Origin: Candidatus Saccharimonadales bacterium
GTDB lineage: Bacteria > Patescibacteriota > Saccharimonadia > UBA4664 > DATIHN01
DNA length: 64,000 bases
NCBI GenBank assembly: GCA_035480635.1
Contig: DATIHN010000016.1
Location: 76,017-140,016, forward strand
Direction: 5' to 3'
Shown here: one piece after another, positions 43,961-52,477 of the stretch
Numbering within the stretch: position 1 is the stretch's first letter
Layout of the letters: every line of letters begins with the position of its first letter
The notes under the pieces: generated by a model
Told to the model about the DNA's origin: nothing
The model's database searches: none
Seen by the model: only the letters and a program-made list of their open reading frames with translations
Translations under genes and position numbers: made by a program

Positions 43961-44009
43961 CCCGCTTACCACGAGGAATCCGCCTCGGCGGTAGGCGGGT
44001 TTCTCATTT
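43961..44009 (+). terminator. intrinsic terminator, copy 1 of a duplicated 49-nt sequence
   Basis: cccgcttacc…ggtaggcggg stem followed by tttctcattt. Nearly identical sequence (one mismatch) at 44786-44835. Confidence 0.6.
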
Positions 44010-44010
44010 G

Positions 44011-44038
44011 TTGACAAAACTCGTGTTTATGATAGAAT
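44011..44038 (+). promoter_or_regulatory. strong sigma70 promoter (TTGACA-16-TGaTAGAAT, extended -10)
   Basis: Consensus -35, TG motif and a -10 matching 5 of 6 consensus positions. AAGGAGG RBS then GTG at 44085. Confidence 0.6.
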
Positions 44039-44084
44039 CGGGTCCTAGTCGCATACCCTATTCGACTCGCACAAGGAGGCCACT

Positions 44085-44498
44085 GTGGCCGAAGCCATCT
44101 TCATCAAATTGCGCGGCAGTACCGACGTTGTCGAAGAAGGTCGTGAACGTATCCAGGCAATTTTGGAGTACCAATTTCGCACTGCACCACTGCGGTTCGC
44201 CATAGACCGCGAACTCGGTGTGCTGGTGACCGAGGCGGCAGGTAATGAGGCGCCGGACGATAGCCGCCAATGGGTCGACATTCATGACATGTCGGAATGG
44301 GACTTCCCCGTTTCTCATGCCAGGCAGCTTTCTGAGGTCATAGACACTTGGCTGAAAGACCTCAGTGATTCCCAAAGAAAGGACCTGTGTCGAGCCCAGC
44401 CTTTCGAGGTTCACGGCCTGCAACTGATCGGCTTCCAGGCGAGAACACGGCGGATCGGCGAAACCAGGGTGCTGGCATTCGTCCCGGCTTGGGTCTGA
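44085..44498 (+). CDS. small hypothetical protein, paralog 2 (137 aa, GTG start)
   Basis: Paralogous to 43595-43960. Stop overlaps the next gene (TGATCATG). Confidence 0.5.
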   Translation: MAEAIFIKLRGSTDVVEEGRERIQAILEYQFRTAPLRFAIDRELGVLVTEAAGNEAPDDSRQWVDIHDMSEWDFPVSHARQLSEVIDTWLKDLSDSQRKDLCRAQPFEVHGLQLIGFQARTRRIGETRVLAFVPAWV

Positions 44499-44500
44499 TC

Positions 44501-44785
44501 ATGACCGATGCGCCCAGCGATGACGACCTGACGACACAAGAACGCGAGCTGCTAGCCGCCCTGCTCTACGGCTCAACCGAAGAGAAAGCTCTGGCCTTAA
44601 GAGCACTCGGCGTCATCCCGGCCGAGGAACTATTAGATGAGTTCGGCAAGCTGACAGACGAGCAAAAGGCTGTCGTCATTGACAGAGCAATTTTCTTGCG
44701 CTACGGCCCGACCGGCATGAACGATGCGGAGGCCATCGTCGCTGCCATGCAAGAGTGGCACGATGGCAAGCTCAAGCTCCCCTAA
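44501..44785 (+). CDS. small acidic helical protein (94 aa, MTDAPSDDDL…)
   Basis: Start placed at the ATG immediately after the upstream stop. The longer ORF-track version (from 44387) would overlap the preceding gene in another frame. Confidence 0.45.
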   Translation: MTDAPSDDDLTTQERELLAALLYGSTEEKALALRALGVIPAEELLDEFGKLTDEQKAVVIDRAIFLRYGPTGMNDAEAIVAAMQEWHDGKLKLP

Positions 44786-44835
44786 CCCGCTTACCACGAG
44801 GAATCCGCCTCGCCGGTAGGCGGGTTTCTCATTTT
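44786..44835 (+). terminator. intrinsic terminator, copy 2 of the duplicated sequence
   Basis: Same hairpin plus T-tract as at 43961-44009. Confidence 0.6.
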
Positions 44836-45394
44836 ATGACAACAGAAACTTTTTGATGAACCCGATCTTGAACGTCAAAGTATAGGCGATTGAAAAAGCA
44901 TGCCCTCTGGTTCTAACCCGCAAATCAGCTGCGCCAGGGACGGTGGCAACGCTTGGATCAACGGTATTATCGCTGAGTGGCCTAATGGTCAGTAATTTTT
45001 TGGCTAAATTTTCATCTTCACTTAGATACTGATCGGCTATTTTGGCAGCCGTTAGAAAGGCCGGACTGCGCTTTTGCATGGTAACTGGGTTGAGATAATT
45101 GCTGTCCAGTACACCACAAATGCTGACGATCCGTTGTGTTAATTCTGGATTCCTGGCCGCTAGAATGATAGTCGCACTAGCCCCGGCACTGGCACCTACT
45201 ACACCAATCAGGTTCCGGCAGCCCTCCGCCGCAGCCAGCAATTTTTGATACTTGGGTTCAAAATCTCCGCCATCCTCCCAGGCTAATTCGCACACATGCA
45301 GCCGCACTCCGTACAATCGCCAGAGTGGCCTAAGCCAGATGTAGAGACGTTCGTTGTTGGTGCCGAGGCCAGGGATGAGGATAACGTCGCGCAT
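44834..45394 (-). CDS. alpha/beta hydrolase (esterase/thioesterase-like)
   Basis: GASAG nucleophile elbow (IGVVGASAGASATI). 186 aa. Start abuts the pcrA stop. Confidence 0.55.
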   Translation of the reverse strand: MRDVILIPGLGTNNERLYIWLRPLWRLYGVRLHVCELAWEDGGDFEPKYQKLLAAAEGCRNLIGVVGASAGASATIILAARNPELTQRIVSICGVLDSNYLNPVTMQKRSPAFLTAAKIADQYLSEDENLAKKLLTIRPLSDNTVDPSVATVPGAADLRVRTRGHAFSIAYTLTFKIGFIKKFLLS

Positions 45395-47506
45395 CTAGAC
45401 TTTGGTAATCGGAGCGAAGCTCAGGCTTAGTTTTTTGACACCCAAATGAGCAAAGGCGGCTGTCAGCTCATCACCATCGACGCTGACCACGATGCCCTCA
45501 CCAAATTTGTTGTGGCGGATTTTATCGCCGGCCTGAAAGGATTTGTGAACTGGTTCGAGTTTAGGCACTTCAACTTCTTGGGCCGTTTGGGAGCGAGTCA
45601 GCTCCGGTGGAATATCGAGCAAAAAGCGCGACGGCGGGTTGTGGCTGGTGTTGCCATAAAGCAAGCGCGAATTGGCATGAATCAAATAAAGCCGCTCGCG
45701 AGCCCTCGTCATGCCGACGTAGCAAAGCCGGCGTTCCTCCTCCAGCTCGGCTAAATCAATTTGGCTGCGGCTATGGGGGAAAACGTTTTCTTCCATGCCG
45801 GTCATGAAAACGATGGGAAATTCCAGCCCTTTAGCGGCATGCAGCGTCATCAACGTCACGGCATTGGTATCGCTAGAATAATTATCAAGATCCGAGATTA
45901 GCGCGATCTCTTCCAAAAAGCCTTCCAGGCCAATATCGTCGTAGGTTTGAGCCACACTGATTAATTCTTTGACGTTTTCGACCCGCTCCGCGGCTTGAAT
46001 GGTGCCATCGTCCAGCCATTCCAGGTAGCCACTGCGTTTGATGACGAGCTCCAAAAACTGGCTGGTCAGCATGCCTTCACTGGGCTCCTGCAAACCCCGA
46101 ATCAACAAGGCAAATTGCTTGAAGGCTTGGACCGCCCTTGGCGTCAGCCCGGTGATTTGATCAGCACTTTCCAGGGCCTCGAGCAAAGGTAGCCCGCTGC
46201 TATTCTTGAAAGCAATCAATCGTTCCAAACTTTTATCACCCAACCCCCTGGGTGGTAAATTAACGATGCGGTTGAAGTTGATCAGATCCTCGGGTTGATA
46301 AATGAAGCGCAAATAGCCCATGACGTCCTTGATCTCACGGCGCTCGTAGAACCGAGTACCGCCGACGATTTTGTAGGGCAAGTTGTTGCGTAAAAAAGCT
46401 TCCTCCAGTGAACGCGATTGAGCATTGGTCCGATAAAGCACCGCAAAATCGGCCAGCTCGCGCTTTTCTTCGATAATCAGCCGATTGACCTGCAGCACGA
46501 TGGCCTCGCCCTCTTGAGCCTCGTTGTAAACTTGCTCGATGACTACGCCGTGGCCGCGATCGTTTTCGGTCCAAAGCTCTTTATGGGAACGTTGTTGGTT
46601 TTTGGTAATGATGGCGTGCGCTGCATCCAGAATGTTTTTGGACGAGCGATAATTCTGCTCGAGTTTAATGACGGCAGCTTCGGGATAATCTTTTTCGAAA
46701 TCGAGAATGTTTTGAAAGTTGGCCCCCCGCCAAGAATAAATTGATTGCCAATCATCCCCCACTACGCAGATATTGCGGTGGGTCGCGGCTAGGAGCTTAG
46801 CAAAAATATATTGGGCCCGATTGGTGTCTTGATACTCATCAATCAGGATGTATTTGAACTGATCCTGATATTTTTTGAGCAGTTCGGAATTGTGGCGAAA
46901 GGCCTTAACGACTTCAAAGATTAGATCGTCAAAGTCCAACGCGCCGGCATCGCGCAACAGCTTTTGATAAACTGTGTAGACGCGTGCGGCCGTGGTTTGG
47001 GCCGGCCCGTAGGCCACGGCTTTGTAGGCGGCCGCATCAATTAGTTCGTTTTTGGCACTCGAAATCAAACCGGCAATCATCGGCGGTGCAAACTGCTTTT
47101 CGCTAATGCCCAGGCTGCGCATGGCAGCTTTAGTGGCAGCTAGCGCATCTTGTTGGTCGTAGATGATGAAGCTGGCTGAGAGCCCCAGATCTTTGGCTTC
47201 TCGGCGCAGAATCCGTACGCAAATCGAATGAAAGGTGCCCATAAACGGCAGATAGTTGCGATTATCGGGGTGCTTGCCTAGTAGCTCCAACACGCGCTTA
47301 CGCATCTCCCCGGCCGCTTTGTTCGTAAAAGTCACGGCCAAAATATTCAGCGGGCTGATGTGACAATCGGCCACCAAATAGGCGATCCGGTGGGTCAGGG
47401 CCTTGGTTTTGCCGCTCCCCGCCCCGGCCAACATCAAAACTGGGCCTTCCGTTGTTTGAACGGCCTGGCGTTGGGGTGGGTTTAGGTCTGTTAGTAAATC
47501 TGGCAC
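45395..47506 (-). CDS. pcrA: ATP-dependent DNA helicase PcrA/UvrD
   Basis: LNPPQRQAV…GPVLMLAGAGSGKT (Q motif plus Walker A). UvrD motifs throughout. 703 aa. GTG start. Confidence 0.9.
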   Translation of the reverse strand: MPDLLTDLNPPQRQAVQTTEGPVLMLAGAGSGKTKALTHRIAYLVADCHISPLNILAVTFTNKAAGEMRKRVLELLGKHPDNRNYLPFMGTFHSICVRILRREAKDLGLSASFIIYDQQDALAATKAAMRSLGISEKQFAPPMIAGLISSAKNELIDAAAYKAVAYGPAQTTAARVYTVYQKLLRDAGALDFDDLIFEVVKAFRHNSELLKKYQDQFKYILIDEYQDTNRAQYIFAKLLAATHRNICVVGDDWQSIYSWRGANFQNILDFEKDYPEAAVIKLEQNYRSSKNILDAAHAIITKNQQRSHKELWTENDRGHGVVIEQVYNEAQEGEAIVLQVNRLIIEEKRELADFAVLYRTNAQSRSLEEAFLRNNLPYKIVGGTRFYERREIKDVMGYLRFIYQPEDLINFNRIVNLPPRGLGDKSLERLIAFKNSSGLPLLEALESADQITGLTPRAVQAFKQFALLIRGLQEPSEGMLTSQFLELVIKRSGYLEWLDDGTIQAAERVENVKELISVAQTYDDIGLEGFLEEIALISDLDNYSSDTNAVTLMTLHAAKGLEFPIVFMTGMEENVFPHSRSQIDLAELEEERRLCYVGMTRARERLYLIHANSRLLYGNTSHNPPSRFLLDIPPELTRSQTAQEVEVPKLEPVHKSFQAGDKIRHNKFGEGIVVSVDGDELTAAFAHLGVKKLSLSFAPITKV

Positions 47507-47542
47507 TCCCCTATTTTACCAGTTCCCTACCCTATAAAACTA

Positions 47543-47571
47543 TTGACTTATTCAAGTGTTAGTAGTATAAT
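47543..47571 (+). promoter_or_regulatory. consensus sigma70 promoter (TTGACT-17-TATAAT)
   Basis: Read directly. Lies between the divergent pcrA start and the 47595 ORF. Confidence 0.6.
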
Positions 47572-47594
47572 GGTGTTTAGTTCTTGTTCACTCC

Positions 47595-47942
47595 TTGAAA
47601 GGACCTCCTTTGCTTACTTACCCCATATTTACTGTCATCGGCGTAATAGTCGCTTCAACTTCCGCATTCCTGTGCTCCGCTGCGTTCTATCGCTGGCGGG
47701 CCAAGGATGCCCGTCGCCGCATGGAGGAGCTAGTTCAACTGCGCACAGACATGTGGCGCCGTGGTGTCGATCCCGACGACGAAACGGCGGCGTCTCTCGA
47801 CCGCTTCTTCAGACTCGTCAATGACTTGGACCAACTCGATGCAGAAACCGACACTAACTGCGGAGTCATTCGCTCCGCGCTGGTGCACAAACTCGCAAAG
47901 GGTTTAAAGAGAGAACACGACAAGCACGCCGTCGCGGCGTGA
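47595..47942 (+). CDS. small membrane protein (N-terminal TM plus charged helical tail; TTG start, uncertain)
   Basis: 115-aa ORF. Very short leader after the consensus promoter. Confidence 0.4.
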   Translation: MKGPPLLTYPIFTVIGVIVASTSAFLCSAAFYRWRAKDARRRMEELVQLRTDMWRRGVDPDDETAASLDRFFRLVNDLDQLDAETDTNCGVIRSALVHKLAKGLKREHDKHAVAA

Positions 47943-47996
47943 ACGGCTCCGACTAGGAGAGGTTATCCGACCTCCCCGGTCGGAGCCTCTTCTTTT

Positions 47997-48380
47997 TTAC
48001 TCTTTGGGCTCTTCCCAGGGTGTGGCTAATTGAAAGTAGTTGCCATCGGGATCGGCCAAGCAAGCTAGCATGGTCTTTTGATCGGTGGTGTCCCCACTGG
48101 GATGAGCGGGCTCACTAACCACTTCGGCGCCCAAACCTTTGATGCGGTCAAACTCACCTTTGACGTCGGTGGTCTCAAAGAAAAAGATCAGCCGACCGGG
48201 CGTATCGTTCTTACCATGAACCTCACTATGTGGCCCAACCATGATGCCACAGCTTCCGACGCTCCAACCCGTAAAGGGCTTCATATCCCAGGTAGGTTTG
48301 CCTAGTACCTTGGTGTAAAACTCGACCAGTTTTTCGGGGTTTTCCGAAGAAATCATTAAGCTATTTAAATTCAAACTCAT
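47997..48380 (-). CDS. glyoxalase/bleomycin-resistance (VOC) family protein
   Basis: 127 aa with a betaalphabetabetabeta-like pattern. Conserved His/Glu positions (…HSEVHG…, …GAEVV). Confidence 0.55.
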   Translation of the reverse strand: MSLNLNSLMISSENPEKLVEFYTKVLGKPTWDMKPFTGWSVGSCGIMVGPHSEVHGKNDTPGRLIFFFETTDVKGEFDRIKGLGAEVVSEPAHPSGDTTDQKTMLACLADPDGNYFQLATPWEEPKE

Positions 48381-48513
48381 AATACCTCCTCTTTTATAAA
48401 TTAAGACCTGACTTCAATTGTAATTGGCGACTTGGGGCTTTGCCAAGCTCAAGAATAAAGAAATGACCCGAACTGTTGGGTTCGGGTCGAGCGGTTTGGG
48501 CAGATCACAGGCC

Positions 48514-48810
48514 TCAGGCTGGCTTATAGGCCGTATGTCTGGCGGCGTATCTTCGTCCTCGAGCGGTCAGGCAATAGGCGTTCGACATGTACTTGATGTC
48601 ACGGATGACCTTTTGATCGTGCCAATCCCCGGCCCGAATATGAAGGCGCAGCTCTAGGGTCGTGATCCAGCAGCGAGCGCGGAACCTAGAGATGCTGAAC
48701 TCCTTTCGCAGTTCGCTGGCTGTCCAATGCTGATCTTCGCTACTCCACTGCTGCAGCTGCCGATAAAGGTTGATCCGCTGGGCTGTCGTCATTATTGAAC
48801 CCCTTTTCAA
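48514..48810 (-). CDS. hypothetical small basic protein
   Basis: ORF only (98 aa). A possible internal start MTTAQRINLY. Confidence 0.35.
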   Translation of the reverse strand: MKRGSIMTTAQRINLYRQLQQWSSEDQHWTASELRKEFSISRFRARCWITTLELRLHIRAGDWHDQKVIRDIKYMSNAYCLTARGRRYAARHTAYKPA

Positions 48811-48914
48811 GCGAATGCATCGATGGTTCTACCCACCCAGAACGCCAACATGATGCGCTCATGCTAATAAATTTGCAAGACTTTCAGACGGCAACCAACC
48901 TAAGCCATTTTCCC

Positions 48915-48993
48915 TAGCCCATTTTTTATGTAAGCTCTCATTTCCTACTACCATAACCATTCGTGCTTATGTCGATACAAAAAAATGGGCTAG
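48915..48993 (+). repeat. H1 hairpin repeat, copy c (forward)
   Basis: tagcccattttttatgtaagc…gtcgatacaaaaaaatgggcta. The outer stem covaries relative to copy a (ccaccaa/ttggtgg becomes agcccat/atgggct). Confidence 0.7.
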
Positions 48994-49017
48994 GGTGTAT
49001 ATCTTTTAGATCATCTG

Positions 49018-49070
49018 GAGCAGATTGCTCAGTTTATTTCTCCCCTTACCTAATCCTTCGCAATCTGCTG
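49018..49070 (+). repeat. H2 hairpin repeat, copy c (forward); it ends 30 nt downstream of the tpiA stop
   Basis: gagcagattgctcagtttatttctccccttacctaatccttcgcaatctgctg. Confidence 0.7.
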
Positions 49071-49100
49071 TCTGGATAATTGAAGATGGAGAGTAGCGAA

Positions 49101-49847
49101 TTAGTGCTGGGCGGCTTCGACGATCCGAGCAAATTTGCTAGCGTTCACGCTAGCCCCACCCACCAGCAAACCATCGACCTCCCCCAGGCTCAGAAAGGCC
49201 GCAGCATTATCACCATCAACGCTGCCGCCATAGAGCAAGCGAATTTGGGCGGCTGATTCGCCGAATAGTTCAGTGATGGTTTGATGAATCAATCTGGCTA
49301 CCGGAATAACATCGTCCGGCCGGGCAAAATTACCGGTGCCAATTGCCCAAATCGGTTCGTAAGCCACTACGACTTGATCTAAATCTTCTTTGCTGACAAA
49401 GTGCAAACCGACCGTCAACTGATCCACGACAACCCGGCTGGTTAGCTCCTCACTACGTTCCAGCAACGTTTCGCCAACGCACAAAATTGGTTGGATGCGA
49501 TTGCGCAAGGCCGCCGCCACTTTTTTGGCCACCAATAAATTATCCTCGCCAAAAACCTGACGCCGCTCGGAGTGGCCGATGATGGCATAATCGACCAGGC
49601 CCTTGAGCATGGCGGCCGAGGTTTCGCCGGTGAAGGCGCCATTGTCCTCGAAATAAAGATTTTGCGCGCCCAGTTTGAATTTTTTGTCATCGAGCTCACG
49701 CGACACCGGGTAAACATCGAGCATGGGTGGGCACAGCACGACTTCGGCCTGGCCGGCATGGACCATTTTGGCCAGTTTTTGGTAATAAGTACTAGCCGCC
49801 CCTGGGCTAAAGTGTTCCTTCCAATTGCCAACAATCAGTTTTTTCAT
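49101..49847 (-). CDS. tpiA: triosephosphate isomerase
   Basis: MKKLIVGNWKEHF N-terminus. Catalytic-His region IIGHSERR. YGGS near the C-terminus. Confidence 0.92.
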   Translation of the reverse strand: MKKLIVGNWKEHFSPGAASTYYQKLAKMVHAGQAEVVLCPPMLDVYPVSRELDDKKFKLGAQNLYFEDNGAFTGETSAAMLKGLVDYAIIGHSERRQVFGEDNLLVAKKVAAALRNRIQPILCVGETLLERSEELTSRVVVDQLTVGLHFVSKEDLDQVVVAYEPIWAIGTGNFARPDDVIPVARLIHQTITELFGESAAQIRLLYGGSVDGDNAAAFLSLGEVDGLLVGGASVNASKFARIVEAAQH

Positions 49848-49925
49848 ATCACCTCGATTGTTTGTATCATAAGCGTTTTGGGCTGAAGTATCAATTTCCC
49901 AATCACTCGTGGTCAGATTTCATGA

Positions 49926-49985
49926 TTTCTCTCCCCACCCAGCTTCATCCGCTCCCACCCTATCTCCTCCTATCCTATCTGCCCT
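49926..49985 (+). repeat. pyrimidine-rich (C/T) tract preceding M3
   Basis: ttctctccccacccagcttcatccgctcccaccctatctcctcctatcctatctgccc. Similar C/T-rich tracts occur at 63750-63800 and 41812-41850. Confidence 0.5.
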
Positions 49986-49994
49986 GCGTCTTTT

Positions 49995-50070
49995 ACCGTT
50001 CGGCCTTAAGACTGGCTCGCGAGTTATCGTCGCTCGCTAATAGGACGAACAGTCTTTCGGCTCGAACGGT
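49995..50070 (+). repeat. M3 hairpin repeat, copy a
   Basis: accgttcggccttaagactg…[loop with the palindrome gctcgcgag]…cagtctttcggctcgaacggt. Outer 8-bp stem and inner 7-bp stem. Identical apart from a few substitutions to 63818-63893. Confidence 0.7.
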
Positions 50071-50094
50071 GTATTTTCTCATTAAAATCCATAT

Positions 50095-50156
50095 AGCAGA
50101 TTGCGAAGATGTAAGTAATGGGAGAGATTGACTGAGCAATCTGCTCAATTTGAACC
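50095..50156 (+). repeat. H2 hairpin repeat, copy d (reverse orientation)
   Basis: cagcagattgcgaagatgtaagtaatgggagagattgactgagcaatctgctc. Confidence 0.7.
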
Positions 50157-50169
50157 AAAAGATAAACTA

Positions 50170-50250
50170 CCCAGCCCATTTTTTTGTATCGACTAAGTTA
50201 GTAATCGTAATGGGAGTAGGAAGAGAGAGCTTACACAAAAAATGGGCTGG
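50170..50250 (+). repeat. H1 hairpin repeat, copy d (reverse orientation); it ends 10 nt downstream of the pgk stop
   Basis: cccagcccatttttttgtatcgac…gcttacacaaaaaatgggctgg. Confidence 0.7.
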
Positions 50251-50259
50251 AAGAAGAGC

Positions 50260-51423
50260 CTACTTTTTGATTAGCGGCTCCAAGCCGGGTAATTTATTAC
50301 CAGCCATTAATTCTAGTCCAGCTCCACCACCAGTGGAAACAAAGCTAAAATCATCGGCCATATGAATTTTATCCAGGAATGCCGCCGTATCGCCACCGCC
50401 AATAATGCTGGTGGCCGAAGTTGCCGCAATAGCCCGGGCCAGTTTTTTGGAACTTTTGGCAAACTGGTTAAATTCAGCCACACCGACCGGGCCATTCCAG
50501 ATAATAGTGCCGGCTGACTTGATAGCTTGAGTGGCTTTGGCTGTAGTGGCCGGACCGATATCGGCAATGATGTCGCCAGTTGATACTTCGTCCAAGTTTT
50601 TAACGGTAGCCTTAGCGCGCGGTCCTAGTGAGCTCGCTACTACCACGTCTACTGGCAAAATTAGGCTGACTTTGCGCTTCGTGGCTTCGGCGCTAATATC
50701 ACGCGTCAACTGCATCTGGTCCTTTTCATAGAGACTCTTACCGACTTCCCCGCCGTCGGCCGCAATGAAAGTGTTGGCCATAGCACCGCCGATTAACATG
50801 CCGTCAACTTTTTTGAGCAGGTTTTCAATCAAGGGAATTTTAGTTGAAATTTTGGCTCCACCAACGATGGCAAATAGTGGTCGTTTGGGATTATCCAGAG
50901 CCGAAGTGATAGCCTCGACTTCCTTTTGGACTAAAAAACCAGCGGCCGCGGGTAGCAGTTTGGGTAAACCGACGACTGAAGCGTGAGAGCGATGCATAAC
51001 GGTAAAATCATCATCAACATAAGCGTCACCTAAAGCTGCCAGGGACTTAGCAAACTTAGCATCATTGGCTTCCTCGCCCTTTTTCAGGCGCAAGTTTTCG
51101 AGCATGATGACATGACCTGGTTCCATATCGGCAATAGTTTGCTCGACTGCGGGTCCGGTTGAATCCGGCACAAAAGCCACGGCTCGTTTGAGCAAGCGCG
51201 ACAGCACTGGCGCAACCGGAGCCAAACTTTCCCCCTCCTTACTCAAATGACTAATTAAAACGACTTTGGCTTGGTGTTTAATTAAATATTGAATGGTTGG
51301 CAGAGCGGCTCGCAGGCGCTGGGTGTCTTTGACTTTGCGCTTTTCGATTGGGACGTTCAAAGCCGCTCTGAGCAAGACCACCCGGCCCCGGACATCTAGA
51401 TCTTCAACCGATTTAAGCCGCAT
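50260..51423 (-). CDS. pgk: phosphoglycerate kinase
   Basis: VLLRAALNVP region and nucleotide-binding motifs (…GGGDTAAF…). 387 aa. Confidence 0.92.
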   Translation of the reverse strand: MRLKSVEDLDVRGRVVLLRAALNVPIEKRKVKDTQRLRAALPTIQYLIKHQAKVVLISHLSKEGESLAPVAPVLSRLLKRAVAFVPDSTGPAVEQTIADMEPGHVIMLENLRLKKGEEANDAKFAKSLAALGDAYVDDDFTVMHRSHASVVGLPKLLPAAAGFLVQKEVEAITSALDNPKRPLFAIVGGAKISTKIPLIENLLKKVDGMLIGGAMANTFIAADGGEVGKSLYEKDQMQLTRDISAEATKRKVSLILPVDVVVASSLGPRAKATVKNLDEVSTGDIIADIGPATTAKATQAIKSAGTIIWNGPVGVAEFNQFAKSSKKLARAIAATSATSIIGGGDTAAFLDKIHMADDFSFVSTGGGAGLELMAGNKLPGLEPLIKK

Positions 51424-51524
51424 GGCTCACCTCATTCATACTTCTATTGTAAACCCTTGAGCTTAAACGGAGCAAAGTCGAAAGGTCGAGCGCCCCGAGC
51501 TCATTTGAACTCAGGGCGCTAAGA

Positions 51525-52412
51525 TTAGGCCGGTTTGATCAGATCGCTCTCGCGCTTTTCGCGCGGAACTCCGCGCAATTCACGCACAATGCCGATCTTG
51601 GCCAGCAACCAGAGGGTGTAGAAAGTGGTGTCGTACTCCCACCAATAGAACCCCTGCCGGGCCGAATACATGTAGTGGTGATGGTTGTTGTGCCAACCTT
51701 CGCCGCCGGTAAAGAGCGCCAGGAACCAGTTGTTGCGACTGGTGTCGCTGGTGGCGTAGCGGCGCCGGCCCCAAACGTGCGCCAGCGAATTGATGGTGAA
51801 GGTGCCATGCCAGAGCAGCACGGTCGAAGCAAAGAAGCCGATGAACAGCCCGGGCAGGCCGGCGTAGAGGAAGCTGAAGATGGCCAGCGCCCACGGGCCG
51901 ATCATGTTCCACTTGTTGACCCAGACCAACTCGGGGTATTTGGCTAGATCCGGGATGCGATCCCATTCGGTGTCGCCGTATTTATCGCACAGGATCCAAC
52001 CGACGTGGCTCCACCAAAAGCCCAGCTTGGGCGAATGGACGTCGCCATCGGCATCAGAGAAGCGGTGGTGATTGCGATGATGCGCCGCCCACCACAGCGG
52101 ACCTTTTTGGGCAGCCGTGGTCCCAGCGAAGGCGAAGACGAACTGCGAAAATCGGTTCAGCTTGTAGCTCTTGTGCGAGAAGTAGCGGTGGTAGCCGCCA
52201 GTCAGGAAGAACATCCGCACGAAGAACGAGACCGCTAGTAGCACCCAGGCCTTGCGGTTGTCCCACCACATCAGGACGCCAAACAGAGCCAGTCCGTGGA
52301 GGGCCAGAAACGGGATCGAGCTGATCCAGTTAACGTGCATGTCGGGCGTTTTGGCCAGCTTGGCCTCGGCGCGTTCTGGTGTTGCTAGGCCGATGGCCAT
52401 GCTTACTCCCAA
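51525..52412 (-). CDS. acyl-CoA (Delta-9-type) fatty-acid desaturase, membrane-bound
   Basis: Three His boxes (HRYFSH, HHRNHH, HNNHH). High local GC produces several overlapping spurious ORFs in other frames. Confidence 0.8.
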   Translation of the reverse strand: MGVSMAIGLATPERAEAKLAKTPDMHVNWISSIPFLALHGLALFGVLMWWDNRKAWVLLAVSFFVRMFFLTGGYHRYFSHKSYKLNRFSQFVFAFAGTTAAQKGPLWWAAHHRNHHRFSDADGDVHSPKLGFWWSHVGWILCDKYGDTEWDRIPDLAKYPELVWVNKWNMIGPWALAIFSFLYAGLPGLFIGFFASTVLLWHGTFTINSLAHVWGRRRYATSDTSRNNWFLALFTGGEGWHNNHHHYMYSARQGFYWWEYDTTFYTLWLLAKIGIVRELRGVPREKRESDLIKPA

Positions 52413-52477
52413 CTGTTGTGAACGTGCAGTGAGATTAGTATAAAACGCTTACGGCTGAAGCGCGATACGAAATTTAT

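Noticed and set aside
45395-47506. PcrA/UvrD helicase as part of a defence system
   Set aside because: Single full-length UvrD-family helicase with housekeeping motifs, flanked by unrelated genes; no nuclease, methyltransferase or other defence partner adjacent.
51539-52269. Multiple 60-128-aa ORFs in alternative frames across the desaturase gene
   Set aside because: They are a typical high-GC artefact. The desaturase frame carries all three His-box motifs.
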